DNA of 64,000 nucleotides from Eukaryota sp. TZLM1-RC (Eukaryota > Protista > Metamonada: BaSk clade): positions 2,640,689 to 2,704,688 of the forward strand of contig JAUPSS010000007.1 of NCBI GenBank assembly GCA_040285825.1, written 5' to 3'. Shown piece by piece: positions 34,186-46,998 of the stretch. Below the pieces are notes generated by a model. The model ran no database searches. It saw only the letters and a list, made by a program, of their open reading frames with translations, and was not told the DNA's origin. Positions within the stretch are counted from its first letter, which is position 1. Each line of letters starts with the position of its first letter. Made by a program: the position numbers and the translations under genes.

Positions 34186-34870
34186 ATTTATTGAACATAG
34201 ACATTTAATTCAATTAATTCATAACTAATGGGACGAATAACATTGAACCAAGATTTCCTCTACAAAATCATCATCTGCTTGCTGTCTAGCTAAAGCTTCT
34301 CTTATTTGATTGAAGAACTGAGGTAATCTATTAATAATGGAAAATGGAATATGTCAACGCCATAAAAAAATATCAAGTCTTTTCATTGTTTTTTCTTGTA
34401 CCATTTTTTGGAAGTCATTCAAAAAAGTTTCTGCTTCATTTGATAATCTTCCATTTATCGAAAATGGGAAAGCAATAAAAACGAGCTGTGTATTTCTATC
34501 AGCATTAGCCGCTTCAATATCTTTATCATATTTTCTATGTTTCTCTTTTGCTTTAAAATCCAGAGCAGCCACAGGATTCAGTTTGCTTCTGTGAACCGAA
34601 GTATCATTTGCAACATTACATGAGACAAAGTCAACAATAGCTTCAGAATTATCAATTCAATCACAGTATACATCACCTCTATCATCAGAACCAAAATTAT
34701 TCAGAGAAAGTGTTTCCTTCAGCAGGGGCTCTTTGATACACGATATCCTTGCAGTTTGTGCCATATTGAAAACAGTGTCTCTAACAGCATCATGTAATGA
34801 AGAACGATAAGTTATCAATTTAGAGCAATTCAGAGCATGGCGCAAAGTGAGTTGAGGTGAATTCGAACAA
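34186..34870 (-). mobile_element. CRE-like family C 3' fragment, ending about 50 bp upstream of the PFL start codon
   Basis: High identity to 20150-20830, including the 3' UTR up to AATAAA. Confidence 0.9.
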
Positions 34871-35776
34871 AACTCTTGTATTACAAAGATTACTAAGATT
34901 ACTGAACTTATTACTAAGAAAAATGTGTTTTTACCTATGAATTTAGTCAAAAATAAATCCATTTCTTAGTTTACCACCTGTTAAAACAATTACTTTTTCT
35001 AATGAAAAGCATTCAATTTTGGGATGCAATGATGGAATCGTTGTAGGTGGATGATATATATATTTGTTTATATTTTTCAGTATTTTTTATACAATATTTG
35101 ACTGTACTTGAATGATACTTGAGTATTGCTCAAACAAATCAAATTGAACTTTGAGCACTGCGCTTACATATTTTGAAGTACTTTCGAACAATTGTCATAT
35201 CTACATCACACCATGATAGTGAACCACCGATTAGATCCCTTCACCATACAGAAACATTTACTTGTGAATCATTTTTTACAATTCAATATAAAGAACTCTA
35301 GTAACAACTGTAGGAAACGAATGATTTATTAGCAGCTCACAACACAAAACCACCTTTTTTTAACCATTTGTTGGAAAGCGTCGACGTTCTCGTTCACGTT
35401 TTACTGAATCGCAAGAGCGTATTTGTGGAGACATATAAGTGAAACAATTAGTTTGATTCTACTCAGTGTTTTGTTTTTCAAAACAATTTAAAAGTTCGTG
35501 AGGTTTTATGAAGTAGCCTATAAATGACATAAGAACTCCAATGAACGCTCCTAGCCAACAGTGCCATTTTCAATGTAAATTTTTGCTAAAAACGGCCTGG
35601 GGATTTACAAAGTTGTTTACCCGTCATGGCATTTCATTTCTGAAACATTTATTTCTGCTTTTTACAATTAGTGTGTTGACAAAAACTTTATATTGACAGA
35701 GATGTTTGCAATTTGTTTGATTAAAGGTGATTTGGTATTTACTTGATCACATACTGCTGTAAAATTTGGATGATAT

Positions 35777-35931
35777 TGTTAGTTTTGAATAGTATTTATA
35801 GCTAATAGTTTAGTTTATTTAGTATCCGCCCTATAGTATAAGAAGAGAGAATACAATTCCTCTTCGTAATAAATTACACTACCGTTACATCACTCTGTAT
35901 GAACTCTAACACACAGCAGCCAAGACCATCA
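35777..35931 (+). repeat. 5' LTR
   Basis: TGTTAG...CATCA; I count 5 mismatches to the 3' LTR. Confidence 0.92.
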
Positions 35932-38900
35932 ATACGTATTGGGTCCCCAGAGGCTCGACGTAGGATCCTTGAGGAAGAAACTGGTCCCTCTTCCTCACCA
36001 CTAACCGCAGACCAAGCTCCCGTGCCCCCTCTTTCAGTAGAAGCTTTTGCGCTTCCTGAAGACTCTCCCCTTGAGGGTTACGCCCCAAAAGAAGACAGTT
36101 CCCCTCCAGAGGATTCCGGTTCAATAGAAGGAAGCTCCCCTCCTCAGGATTCTGTTCCTGTGGAAGGAAGAAGTTCTTCGTTGGTCTCCTACGACGACGA
36201 GGACGTAGAGGAAACCGTTGCTCCTCTCCCTTTTTCACAATTGAGGGTATCTGAAGTCCCACCTTCTTCCCTCCCTGAAAGAAGCTCTGAAGTACCACTT
36301 TCACCTTCTACACAGAGCAGAGAGACCGTTCTACCTTCTCTCGCCATTAAGGAAGAATCTGGAGTCCAGCCTGTTCCTCTCCTACAAAGGCCATTGAAGT
36401 ACCATCTTCATCCCTCTGTACCAATTCTGAGGTCCCACCCTCTCTCTCTCAACAGCTCCTCCCTTCAGTTCCAACTGTTAGGTGAACTATTCAAAATCCT
36501 GCTGTCCCAACTTCAGGATCTCCTCTTACTACAACGACAGTAAGCAGAGTTAACAACCTGACTGTTTCCCCTGCCCAGGCTAGAGAAACAACTCCTAGCA
36601 CACCAAACTTTCCTTCGAATCTTTCTGAAAAGCAAAGAAAAAGGTATGAACTAATATTTTTGGATATGGTTGACTATGAGGAACCTTCCAGGGAATTCTC
36701 TCCTATAACTCAACCTCCGGTTCCTTCCAAGGCACCTATATCCGAAATTGATAGAGTAACTGGTGAGGTTTCTAAACAATTTTTAGAACGTTACTTCCAA
36801 GAAGAACGAAACTGGGAACTCAGGAAAAGACTGGATAGAGAGATCAAGGCCAGAAGAGGAGCATCCTCTACACCTGCCCATCATCAACCACTATAATCAG
36901 TATCTGTACCCCTCTATTCTGGTTCCTATGCTAGTGATAGTGTTCGTGGAAACAGTGCTTCCCGCCAGCACAGACCTAATGTTCCTTATAGGGATTCTAG
37001 AATTAACACTAATGATCCTGAGGTCATTCCTCCTACGGAAATGAGCAAAGGACATCCCCCATTCTTTGGACCTAGTTTCGAAACTGAACTAGGAATCACT
37101 CCCAGGATAGGTCCTTATCTCCCATTTGAAAGGATTGAACCCGAGAACGCTAAAATCGACCCCGAACATTCCTCTGAACCAAGATCCGGTGTCAGGTACT
37201 TGAAGACCACTAGAGAGGGTGTTTTCACACGTTTCGTTGAAGATGAAGACAATCTCTTCATCAACGAAGCAAACCCCTGCCCCTTCCCCATGTTCAGCCC
37301 TAAGTGCAATGCCTCCTTAGACATTATAATTGATAGGGATCATAGGACAGGCTGGTGGTTTACCGAAACTACCTATCAGGAAAGACTCTTTCTTTATAAT
37401 AGACGGCCTGATCACATTGCTTCCCTCTGTGGTTGAAGGTAGGATTAAAAAGACTCGCTTGGTGCAACCAGCAGTATTTGCTCATCAAACCCCAGCCCAA
37501 TTTGAAGATGTTCAAGAGTCATCCCAATCTCAACCTCAACTGAGTGAAGTTCCAGCTTCCCCGGCACAACCCGCCGAATCACCACTTCCTTCTATGGAAA
37601 CTGATTCACTTCCTACCAGGGAAACCTCTAACCAATCTGCTATGGAACAAGCCGACGACAACGTTGTCACTGTGAGCAGTGAATCACCAACTCCCATCAC
37701 ATCTTCTGATGCGGTGCCTGCTCCCATCACTCCCGTCAGTCGAGCTCCTCAATCCCAACCTACACCTTCCACGACAGGTTCAACATCCTCCATTTCCTCC
37801 CATCAATCACCTTTTTCGGGCACTTACGAAAGCAGACTTCTCCTTTCTTCAATGATTGGATCAAGAGACCGAGATGACAGACGTAGGGACCGTGCTAAAC
37901 GTCCTTATCTCGAAGCTTCCAATTTGAGCGACGCTGATAAACTTTTGAAGTTTGTCAACAAATTCATTCTCTGGAGACGTACCGACCAAGTCCTAAAAGA
38001 AACCAGAAAAAACGTTGAGGATCCAGTTCAGATTGCTCTAGCCAACGAAGTTGCTAGACTTCGTGAAGAATTAGAACAAGCTAGAGAAGGTTCACAACCA
38101 TCGATTGATGAGTATTTCGGCAATATCTCCGGTGAACCAGTTCATGAATGGGACTTGTTCCGTCAAGCCATGAGGATCAACCCCCGAGGCCTCGCTGAAT
38201 GTGTCACCCCCGAGGTGCTAAACGCGTTAAGTTATCAAGGCGCTCATTTAGCTATCTCTTCTCCCACGGTTCCTACCCCAAAAGATGAACGCATCATTTG
38301 GGCTTAAATTCTGAGAAGAACCCAATTCAGAAGACTGGATGAGGCAAATCGAGCTCTCCTTTCAACAAACAAGGACTGGACTGAAAGAGATTACGGTAAC
38401 AGGTGGATTGACTTCATGGTCAACCTCGGTAGAGTTCTGACTCGCTCCACTGCCATTCAAGACACTCGGGGCATCTCTCAACAATTGAGAACATTCTCCA
38501 TAAATTCCCCCCCCCCCAGCGGACAGACTTTCAGACTAAAGTAGTTGCTACTCATGTCCTAGAAAGCGTAGGAATTATCCCTATCAGAGACAGACTCCTC
38601 AGGATCTGGTCCTCTTCCTCTCACTACTCATCCGATGGCCACACCCTTGGCGAATTCTTCAGTGTTCTTCAAATAGAATGCGAGAATTTCTGCAACGCCA
38701 GATCGTTCATGGAACAGCTGAACTTTTATTATACGTCACTATTTATGTACTGTGGAAACCAAACCCCCTACAACAACAACACAACCGCACACAGAAAGCT
38801 CAGCATGGAAAGATTCCCTAATCAACCCACTCGCCAACTTGGAACGTACCAAGACACACAACATTCAAACTAATTTCTTTTCAGAACAAGCTGAATACGA

Positions 38901-41900
38901 TTCTGATACAATTTTCATGGTACAGTCCATGACTCACACAACCAACTGCCTACAATCAAACTTCATGATCAACAATGTCGAAGTTAAAGGCATAATTGAC
39001 TCTGGTGCAACATGCTCAGTAGTCACAGAACACGTCATCAGTAATTGTAACATGGCACGTTCCAACGAAACCATATCCTACAAGATTGCTGATGGAACTA
39101 CCTCACAGTCCCTCGGTACTGCTTCTGGAGCCCTTAGCATTAGACTAAGTAGTGTTACCCAGATTGTACACGTGAAACACAAGTTCAGCATCGTTCCTGG
39201 ACATGAGACCATTCTCATTGGTGCTGACTTGTTGAGTCACCTTGGGCTGATGAACAACAAGGGCATTTATATTAGAATGGACGACGCCTGTCGCACATTA
39301 CTACTACCTGAAGCTGAATTCGATCATCGAATATCACAAGTTTTAGAAGTCGTCAACGTTTCCACACGTTGGTTGGAACACATCAACTCATCTGGTTGTA
39401 CCATCAACCTCAACAATGACCATTTCAAGAAGTCCCTACTTCAAACTTTGAAAGAGTTCGAAGACGTATTTACCCTTAAGCCTCATGCTCAAGGTATTGA
39501 TTGCCCTCCCATGGAAATCAACTTCTGCAATTTTGACGTCAAAGTTAGAAGACCCCCCAGGACCCTGAATCCAGCCAGGCTAGAGGTCGCTAACCAAATT
39601 TTCGACGAACTTGAGACTCAGGATTTGCTGTTCCATCGAACCATGAGTTCAGCTCCCCTGTCTGTCTAGTGGTCTACCCAGATCACCGTAAACCTCGTCT
39701 TACTGGTGATTATAGTGGCAAGGACCGAGTCAACGCCAACACCATTCCTGTTGAGCCCAACCTTCCAAGGATCTCCGATGTGCTGGTATTTCTTTCCCAA
39801 GCGAAGCACGTAGGCACCTTTGACCTCCTCAAGGCCTTTTGGCAACTCAAAATTGCTGAAAAGGACTGGCAGAAAACAGCCCTATGCATTCCTGGTAAAA
39901 GCATCATGTTCAAACGTGCAGCTTTTGGCCTCAAGAATGTTTCAGCCGTTTTCCAAAACGTCATGGCTGATATCTTCTCTGGAGATGGTGTATTCATCTA
40001 CATAGATGACAACATAATTATCGGTTCAACCTTTGACGAATTCATCGAGTGTCTCCGACGTGTTCTCGATCAAGCTAGATGCAAAAAAGTTTTCTTGGGA
40101 CTTCCAAAGTGCCATTTTGTGTTTTCCAGACACCCGATTAAGAAACTGGGCAGTGTTTTCCAAAACAAACAACGCACTATCGATCCCACTCGTGTTGAAT
40201 CTTTGTTGAATTTTCCTAGATCAAAGACAATCAAAGACGTCCGCAGCCTCGTAGGATCAGTCAACTTCATTAGAGAATGGCTCTCTCAGGTATCTGAGCT
40301 CATCGCTCCTATCATCAGATTGACTAAGAAGGTTGGGAACAACGCCAACGTTGAACCCAAACCCCGAGCGCAACGCCAACAATGGACCGACATACACGAC
40401 GGACTCCTTCAAAAGATCAAACAACTGATAGCTCAAAACATGCCGCTCATCTTACCTCCACTGGAAAACCAAATTCTAATAAGTTGTGACGCATCCGACA
40501 TTGCTGTAGGCGTCGTTATATGGGAACAAACCGAACAAGTCGACGACTCCGGCGCTCCCCTAAACAACAGGAAATGTAGGCCTATCAGCTTCTTCAGCCG
40601 CTTGTTAACCAACTCGCAAAAGAACATGCCAACAAACCAAAAGAAACTCTATGCCATCTTACTGATGTTGACACAAAGTGGTTTCGAAAACTACTTGAAA
40701 GGAAGGAAACTGGTCATATTCACAGACCATCAAAACCTTACCTACATGTTCTCTGCTCCGGACAAGAACAGAATCGTAACCAGATGGTTACCCATTTTTT
40801 CTGAATTCTGCTTTGAATTGGTGCACACCAAAGGGGAAGATAACTTCTGGGCTGATATGTTGTCTCGAATAAGTCTATAGACCATCATGAGATCAATCAT
40901 TTGTCCCTTCAAATGTCTCCAAATTTTCATCCAATATTTTATATCGATAAAATAGATGGAACAGAAAACGAAAGACACTACATAGAAGATTTAAACAACT
41001 TCGAACGTATCATGGTCATCAAAGAACGATGTTCCAACGACCTCCCTATTTTCGAGCCAAGGCTCTGTAGGATTAGGTCCGAGCAGAAGCTTGCCACAGC
41101 TTCCAAAGACCCCTCTTTCAACAACTGTGTTCATAACAATAATCTTGATTTATATATGACTCACAACAACAAGATCGTGATTCCCAAATCACTCATAAAG
41201 GACACCCTTAACTTGTTGCACGGACTTCTGCAAGGAGGCCATCCAAGCAAAGCTGAAAGTCTGAACAAGCTCAGAAACAGTGATTATTGGTGGCCAAACA
41301 TGCTCACTGACATGACTAAGTACGTCCAAGAATGCCCCTCCTGTCAGAAAACTAAGCCAGTTCCTAAACTGCATGTTCCCCCAACCGGTTCATTGTGGGC
41401 TGACAGACCTTTTGCTCGCGTCAACGCCGACGTTATTGGTCCTCTTCCAGAAGATCAAGAAGGCTACAAATACATGCTCGTATTTATTGACAGCTTCTCT
41501 AGGTTCACGATCATCGTGCCTTTAAAAGAGATAAATGCCAATCTTACTGCAGATGCATTAATTTGGAAAGTCTGTGCCATCTTTTGTATACCATTTCAAA
41601 TCCACAGCGATAATGGGCCTGAATTTTTCAAAGCTGTCTTTGACGAACTGAGCAAATTTTTGGGCATAGAGGTGTCAAAGTCAATTCCAAGTTTTTTTCA
41701 GTCCAACGGCTTCGTAGGGCGCCGACACAGAGACATTCTGCAAAACCTACGGAAATTGCTTGTAGACTTCAACGCCTACGATGTGTGGTCCGAATATTTG
41801 CCTTATGTGCAATTATTGATAAGCTCTTCCAAGAGTTCAATGACAAACCACACTCCATACCAAGTCATCTTTGTCTCAGATGTGTCTCCTAGATCAGACC

Positions 41901-42542
41901 CTGGCAAAATTCTTGAAATCATTGAAAGCTCGACGTCTGAGTTATCTTTTATTCAAGAAATTCAATCTAAATTTCGAAGGTTGAAAGAAAAACAGGAAAA
42001 GGCAGCACACCGTCAAGCTTCCAAAGCTTCCAAGCTGACTAGATCAACAACTCCAAACCCTTTTGAAGTTGGCCATTTGGTATTAAGAGCTTCCAGCTTT
42101 TCCGCTAAGCTTCATGGAGATTATTTCGGACCTTTCCTTATTACCGAAAACGTATCCAATTCGTCTGTAAATATTAAGAATCTCTGCACCGGTACGATCG
42201 TCCAAGCTAGCGTCAAACATCTAGCACTCTGACACTCCAGCCTTCCTGCCAACGATGAGTTCCACTCATGGGTTGCTGCTTATTGATGTCGAAGAACACA
42301 TCATAGAAAGGGTGCTCAGTCAAGACGGTGACTTTTGCCAAGTGCAATGGCCTGGAAAAGAGATCACCACTGAACACATATCTACAGTTCAAAATACCGC
42401 CGCGTATAAAGACTTCATCATGACTTCGAAAGCACGTAACCGTACTAAATCCGCTCCTCCCAAGAAGCGTTCCAACATTAGTATCTCACCTCCTGTGACT
42501 AGAGCTTCCAGGGCTCGTCGCTCGAAAGAGAGGAAAAGGCAG

Positions 42543-42697
42543 TGTTAGTCTTGAATAGTATTTATAGCTAATAGTTTAGTTTATTTAGTATCCGCCTTAT
42601 AGTATAAGAAGAGAGAATACAATTCCTCTTCGTAATAAATTACATCACCGTTACATAACTCTGTATGAACTCTAACACACAGCAGCCAAGACCATCA
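42543..42697 (+). repeat. 3' LTR
   Basis: Direct repeat of 35777-35931, preceded by a polypurine tract. Confidence 0.92.
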
Positions 42698-43206
42698 ATA
42701 TGTGGAGTTGTCCTTGTGATTTCACCTCCCCCAAGATATTTGCTTCCAGTGTACAAACACAAATCAAACAAATATTCATTCTTACACAATAGACCATTAC
42801 TGTTTTGTCAACGGAGAATCCTCACCTCTAATTTTCCTTTCAACGATGTTGCTACAAGTTCGTGAGTCATGTAAATACCTTTTTTTGCAGGAAATGTCAT
42901 TGTTAGATAAGAAAACTGGTGTGCAAACTCACAAACACTGAACTGGTATTTCAATATTGATAATGATGAAATGATTTCAATTTAATGGCAATTTTTTGAA
43001 ATTACTAGTCATTTACTGCTTAAAATATGCTGAATTAAGGTTTGGTACGGAAAACTCTGGACTTCATTCAATAGTTTAAATTAGACAAATTTTTATTATT
43101 GGTACAAAAACATAAAGCTTCTTTAAAATGGTGTTGACACAGAATCTTGTTCTATATTGTTCTTCTGCACTTGATACAATCAGCACAGGATAAACAGTAT
43201 TCAACA

Positions 43207-43280
43207 GCTCTCTTAGCTCAGATGGTTAGAGCGTACGACTGAAGATCGTAAGGTCCCCGGTTCAAATCCGGGAGGGAGCA
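43207..43280 (+). tRNA. tRNA-Phe (GAA)
   Basis: Cloverleaf: GCTCTCT/AGGGAGC acceptor, GCTC/GAGC D arm, TACGA-CTGAAGA-TCGTA anticodon arm, CCCGG-TTCAAAT-CCGGG T arm. No encoded CCA; TTTT follows. Confidence 0.97.
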
Positions 43281-44751
43281 TCATTTTCTAAAACATGATA
43301 CAAAACATTCTATCAATGTACAACATTCACAATGGTTATAGAACATTTTTGAACACGAAATCATCGCTACAAAACAGTTTAAAAGACCGGTGCAAAATTG
43401 TTGTTCTTTTCAAATAGAGACTAACTATTCTGTTCTTTGGATTTATCGTTTATGAGTGTTTTTTGTACATGATCAATCAACAACTTAGTCCAAAAAACGT
43501 GAAGATTGACGAAAGTTTGTCGTTTAAAAAACACATTAGTTTAACAAAAAATCATCGTCTCACTTGCACATTTGTGATGAGTCATTGTCCTATTGTTTAC
43601 CTCAAAAATATGGCTTCAACATGACAGATTTTAAATGGATATGAACACTGTGTGTTATTTTGGGTTTCTCTTTCAAATTTGTTTTAGGGATAAGGAAATT
43701 GTTTCAATGAAGAAATATGCTGATATTGTTAATGACCAAAAGCATGTTCAAATAGATAACGTTGTAAGAAAATCGTGATGTTAACTATTTCGTAATTGGT
43801 CAAGGAAGAATTTGATACATTATCAACTTTTGTGTTTGTTTTGTTCGGTAATAGTTTTGGCTAGCTTGATGTTCTTGTGTAAAAAAGTAAAAATCTTTTA
43901 TTTACATTTGATGCCAACACTGTGATCGTCCACAAAATGCCATATGAATTCACAGACATTTAGCAAAAACAATTTTAATTAAGAGTAACGTAACATTACT
44001 TATGCCGATGGTTGAACCGGATTGGGTCGTTCAAGAACACCCATAATATATATGTACAAAATTCTTACAAAAGAAATTTTAATTTGCCTTTTGTTCAAAT
44101 CAAGCTTCAGAATTATTTGAAGTCCACCTGAAAATAATCAAAATAAAATAAAGGAACTTTTCGAAAAGTTTTGGGAATTCTGCCATTTTGATCCAAAGTT
44201 TTTCGGCTTTCCAAATTCTCACAAACACCGTAAAGTTCTTTGAAGGATTATGTTAAGTTTTTAATTTCCTTTTATCATTGGCAAACATCACATATACAAA
44301 AGCCTTCAGGGTTTTCGATGATTGTTCAGCTACTTTATCATAATAACCAAAGTTATTTAATTTATTGTTTTATTTTTATTATTTTTATTTGAAATTCTTT
44401 CAGTTCTTGGTCTATTGGAAACTGTTTGCCCAACTTCTTCAACTAAAGAAACAGCATCATCAGTCACCATGTTGTAACAATTGAGAACATGATGTAATAT
44501 AAGTTGTAGATAATTTGAACACACACAGTTCCTCTTGAATAGAAATTGATCAATTGTACTTTCTTCGGTAAACGTCTGAAACCAAAAGTAATGAAAGACA
44601 AGGCTACCAGTGTGAAAAGTTCAAGGGTAAGGTGAACAGAAAGTGAGAGTTTGAACAAATACTTAAATTGCTCTTGATATTCGTAATTATCATTTAATAG
44701 ATTCATGAGGAATGTCAAATTAATATCAATGTATTAAGGTAAATATTAATT

Positions 44752-44885
44752 GATACTGACTGTTCCTCGTTGTGTAGGTGTAGAGGATGTTCCTCTCCTA
44801 GCCTGAATCTCTCTGTCCAATCTTCTTCTATGTTCCCAATTGCGCTGTTCTTGGAGATATTGATCTATGTCACGTTGCGAACATT
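44752..44885 (-). mobile_element. Small fragment of a related gypsy gag region
   Basis: Reverse translation QYLQEQRNWEHRRRLDREIQARRGTSSTP matches RYFQEERNWELRKRLDREIKARRGASSTP at 36790-36875. Confidence 0.75.
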
Positions 44886-45838
44886 CTTGGAAATAACAAT
44901 TGCAAAGATCTAACGTACATCAGTTAAATGCACTGCTTACCCAGTTTATATTATAAGAGGTGGAAATTGCATAATCTTGGAACTTGTCTTTTCCGTTTTC
45001 ACTGATGAGATGGTGAATTGACTGAAGTGAATTAAACCATGAATTGGAGTGATATTTGATTGATATATATTTGATTGATATTCTGTATTTTGTTGTAATA
45101 AAAATACAGTTTACAAAAAACAATTTGTTGTCTGATGTCAAACACCCTTGACGTGTTTATCATTATGAGTCACTGTTAATGATCAAGAGTTCTTCTCGTT
45201 CTGATTTGGTACTGATCAAAGAGTCCAAGATTATAGTAACTCTGTTTTTGTCTCCAAGGGAAACTGACATTGAAATTTGTCACATTGAAAAATGAAGAAA
45301 TATCTGAATGTAGTAGACCTTCAGAAGCAACAAGGCTTTTTGAGCTGCAAAATGAGCCGTTGTAATGAGTGCTAGGTAATGTATTGCAGACAGAGCTATT
45401 TACCCTTTTGAGAAATTGATACAATAAAAAAGAAGATTATCAAATTGATTTGTGGAAATAGGTTCCTATCTGCTCATATAAGTTTTTGATTAACCAAAAC
45501 AGAGATATCTGTGAAGCAAATAAAGACTACTGTTTGACTTTTAGATGTGTCAGTTGACATATTGTAGAGCCCCATATGTGATATTATTGAGGAACCATTG
45601 TAATTTTTTGATGAATTTACTGAATATTATTCAATGACAAATATATAACACCAGTGAAGTTTCTGCCTCGAGAATAATTATTCTTCATATATACTTCTTC
45701 TCAGCAAAACAGATTTAAACAGTGAACCACTCTTGTTGAAGTAACTATTATGCATGTATAAAAATAAAAAAGTAAAAAGTACATTTTTATATTTTAAAAC
45801 AAAAGATCAAGGATCAAAAAATAACACTCATTCATTTC

Positions 45839-46998
45839 ATGACCCTCACTCTGCCTTACCACACAGAAAAGTATGTTGTACACCAGCTGCTCCATGAAGG
45901 CCATGAGGGGACAATATATTTAGGAACACATAGACCATCGGGAAGAAAGCTAGTGTTCAAACTGCTGCCCACGAAATATCCAAAACTCGAAACACCAGGA
46001 TATGCGGTTTGCCACGAGTTGGTCCTACTCAAGTACCTTCAGCACCCGCTGATCGTGACATTGTATGAAGCTCTAACCCTATCAGATGCAACACTAATGG
46101 TGATGGAATACTGTGCTGCATCTGATCTATTCAATTTAATTAAACGAAAAGGAAGATTAAATTGCCAAACAGCTGGACGTATTTTGTTTCATCTAGTGGC
46201 TGCACTGGAACACATGCATAGCAAAAGGGTCTACCACCGTGACCTGAAATTAGGTATGCCCAATTAGTTATATTCACTTTAGAAAACATTCTATTGGATG
46301 ATATGGGAAATCCCAAACTTTCCGATTTTGGCCTCAGTATTAGAAGCAACAGGAAGCTCAAATCACGATGTGGTTCACCTCACTACTGCAGTCCAGAGGT
46401 ATATGCAAGAAAAGAGTATCATGGAGCCCCAGCAGATGTCTATTCCCTTGGAGTCTGCCTATTTGTTATGCTAACAGGTAGGTATCCCTATGACCACCCT
46501 TCTTTGTCAAGATTGTCCAAGATAGTGCAATATGGCAATCTCACGCTTCCTTTGTGTACTCCTCCATCGGCAAGAGAACTACTGCAAGGCATGTTGCAAG
46601 TGGAGCCAGACAAAAGATTGACCCTAAGTCAAATCAAAAGCACAACATTTTACCTTCAGTTTAGTTCCATGTATCGCTCTCCACCACCTGTTACTTCACT
46701 GACACCTTTTATGTTAATGCAAGGAAGTGTGAGAGAAACACTAGAACATGCAAATATTTCAGTTAAATTAGTACAGGAGGAGCTTCGGCGTGGAAATTAT
46801 TACTGTTCGGAAGTTGCATCAACAAGGTTACTGCTTTTGAAAAGTGGATTAATTTCAACATCATCAGAGCCAAGTCTTTCACACCACATTTCAATGAGTA
46901 AGATAAGAGCTCCAAAGATACCGATTCTGCCAATGTACAAGATTGAGGAAAGGAAGGAGGAGTTAGATTCAGAACAATTACCTCCAATTCAAAGATAA
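45839..46998 (+). CDS. Ser/Thr protein kinase, CAMK group (SNF1/AMPK/MARK-like); intron 46254..46282
   Basis: A 29-nt GTATG...TTAG intron joins HRDLKL-E-NILLD. DFG, CGSPHYCSPE and DVYSLGV are present. The Gly-rich loop is degenerate (LHEGHEGTIY). Confidence 0.92.

Larger units (their letters stand above)
35777..42697 (+). mobile_element. Ty3/gypsy LTR retrotransposon (chromovirus-like), full length, pseudogenised
   Basis: 155-bp TG...CA LTRs, ATAT target-site duplication (35773-76 and 42698-701) and PPT GAAAGAGAGGAAAAGG. Domain order is gag-like region, protease (IIDSGA), RT (YIDD), RNase H (CDASD...TDH), integrase (H...H...CPSC; D, SDNG, third acidic residue changed to G) and a chromodomain-like tail (IERVL...CQVQW...TEH). 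Confidence 0.95.

Noticed and set aside
42230-42232. In-frame TGA at the integrase end read as selenocysteine or programmed readthrough
   Set aside because: The element has many other stops and frameshifts, so ordinary decay explains it.
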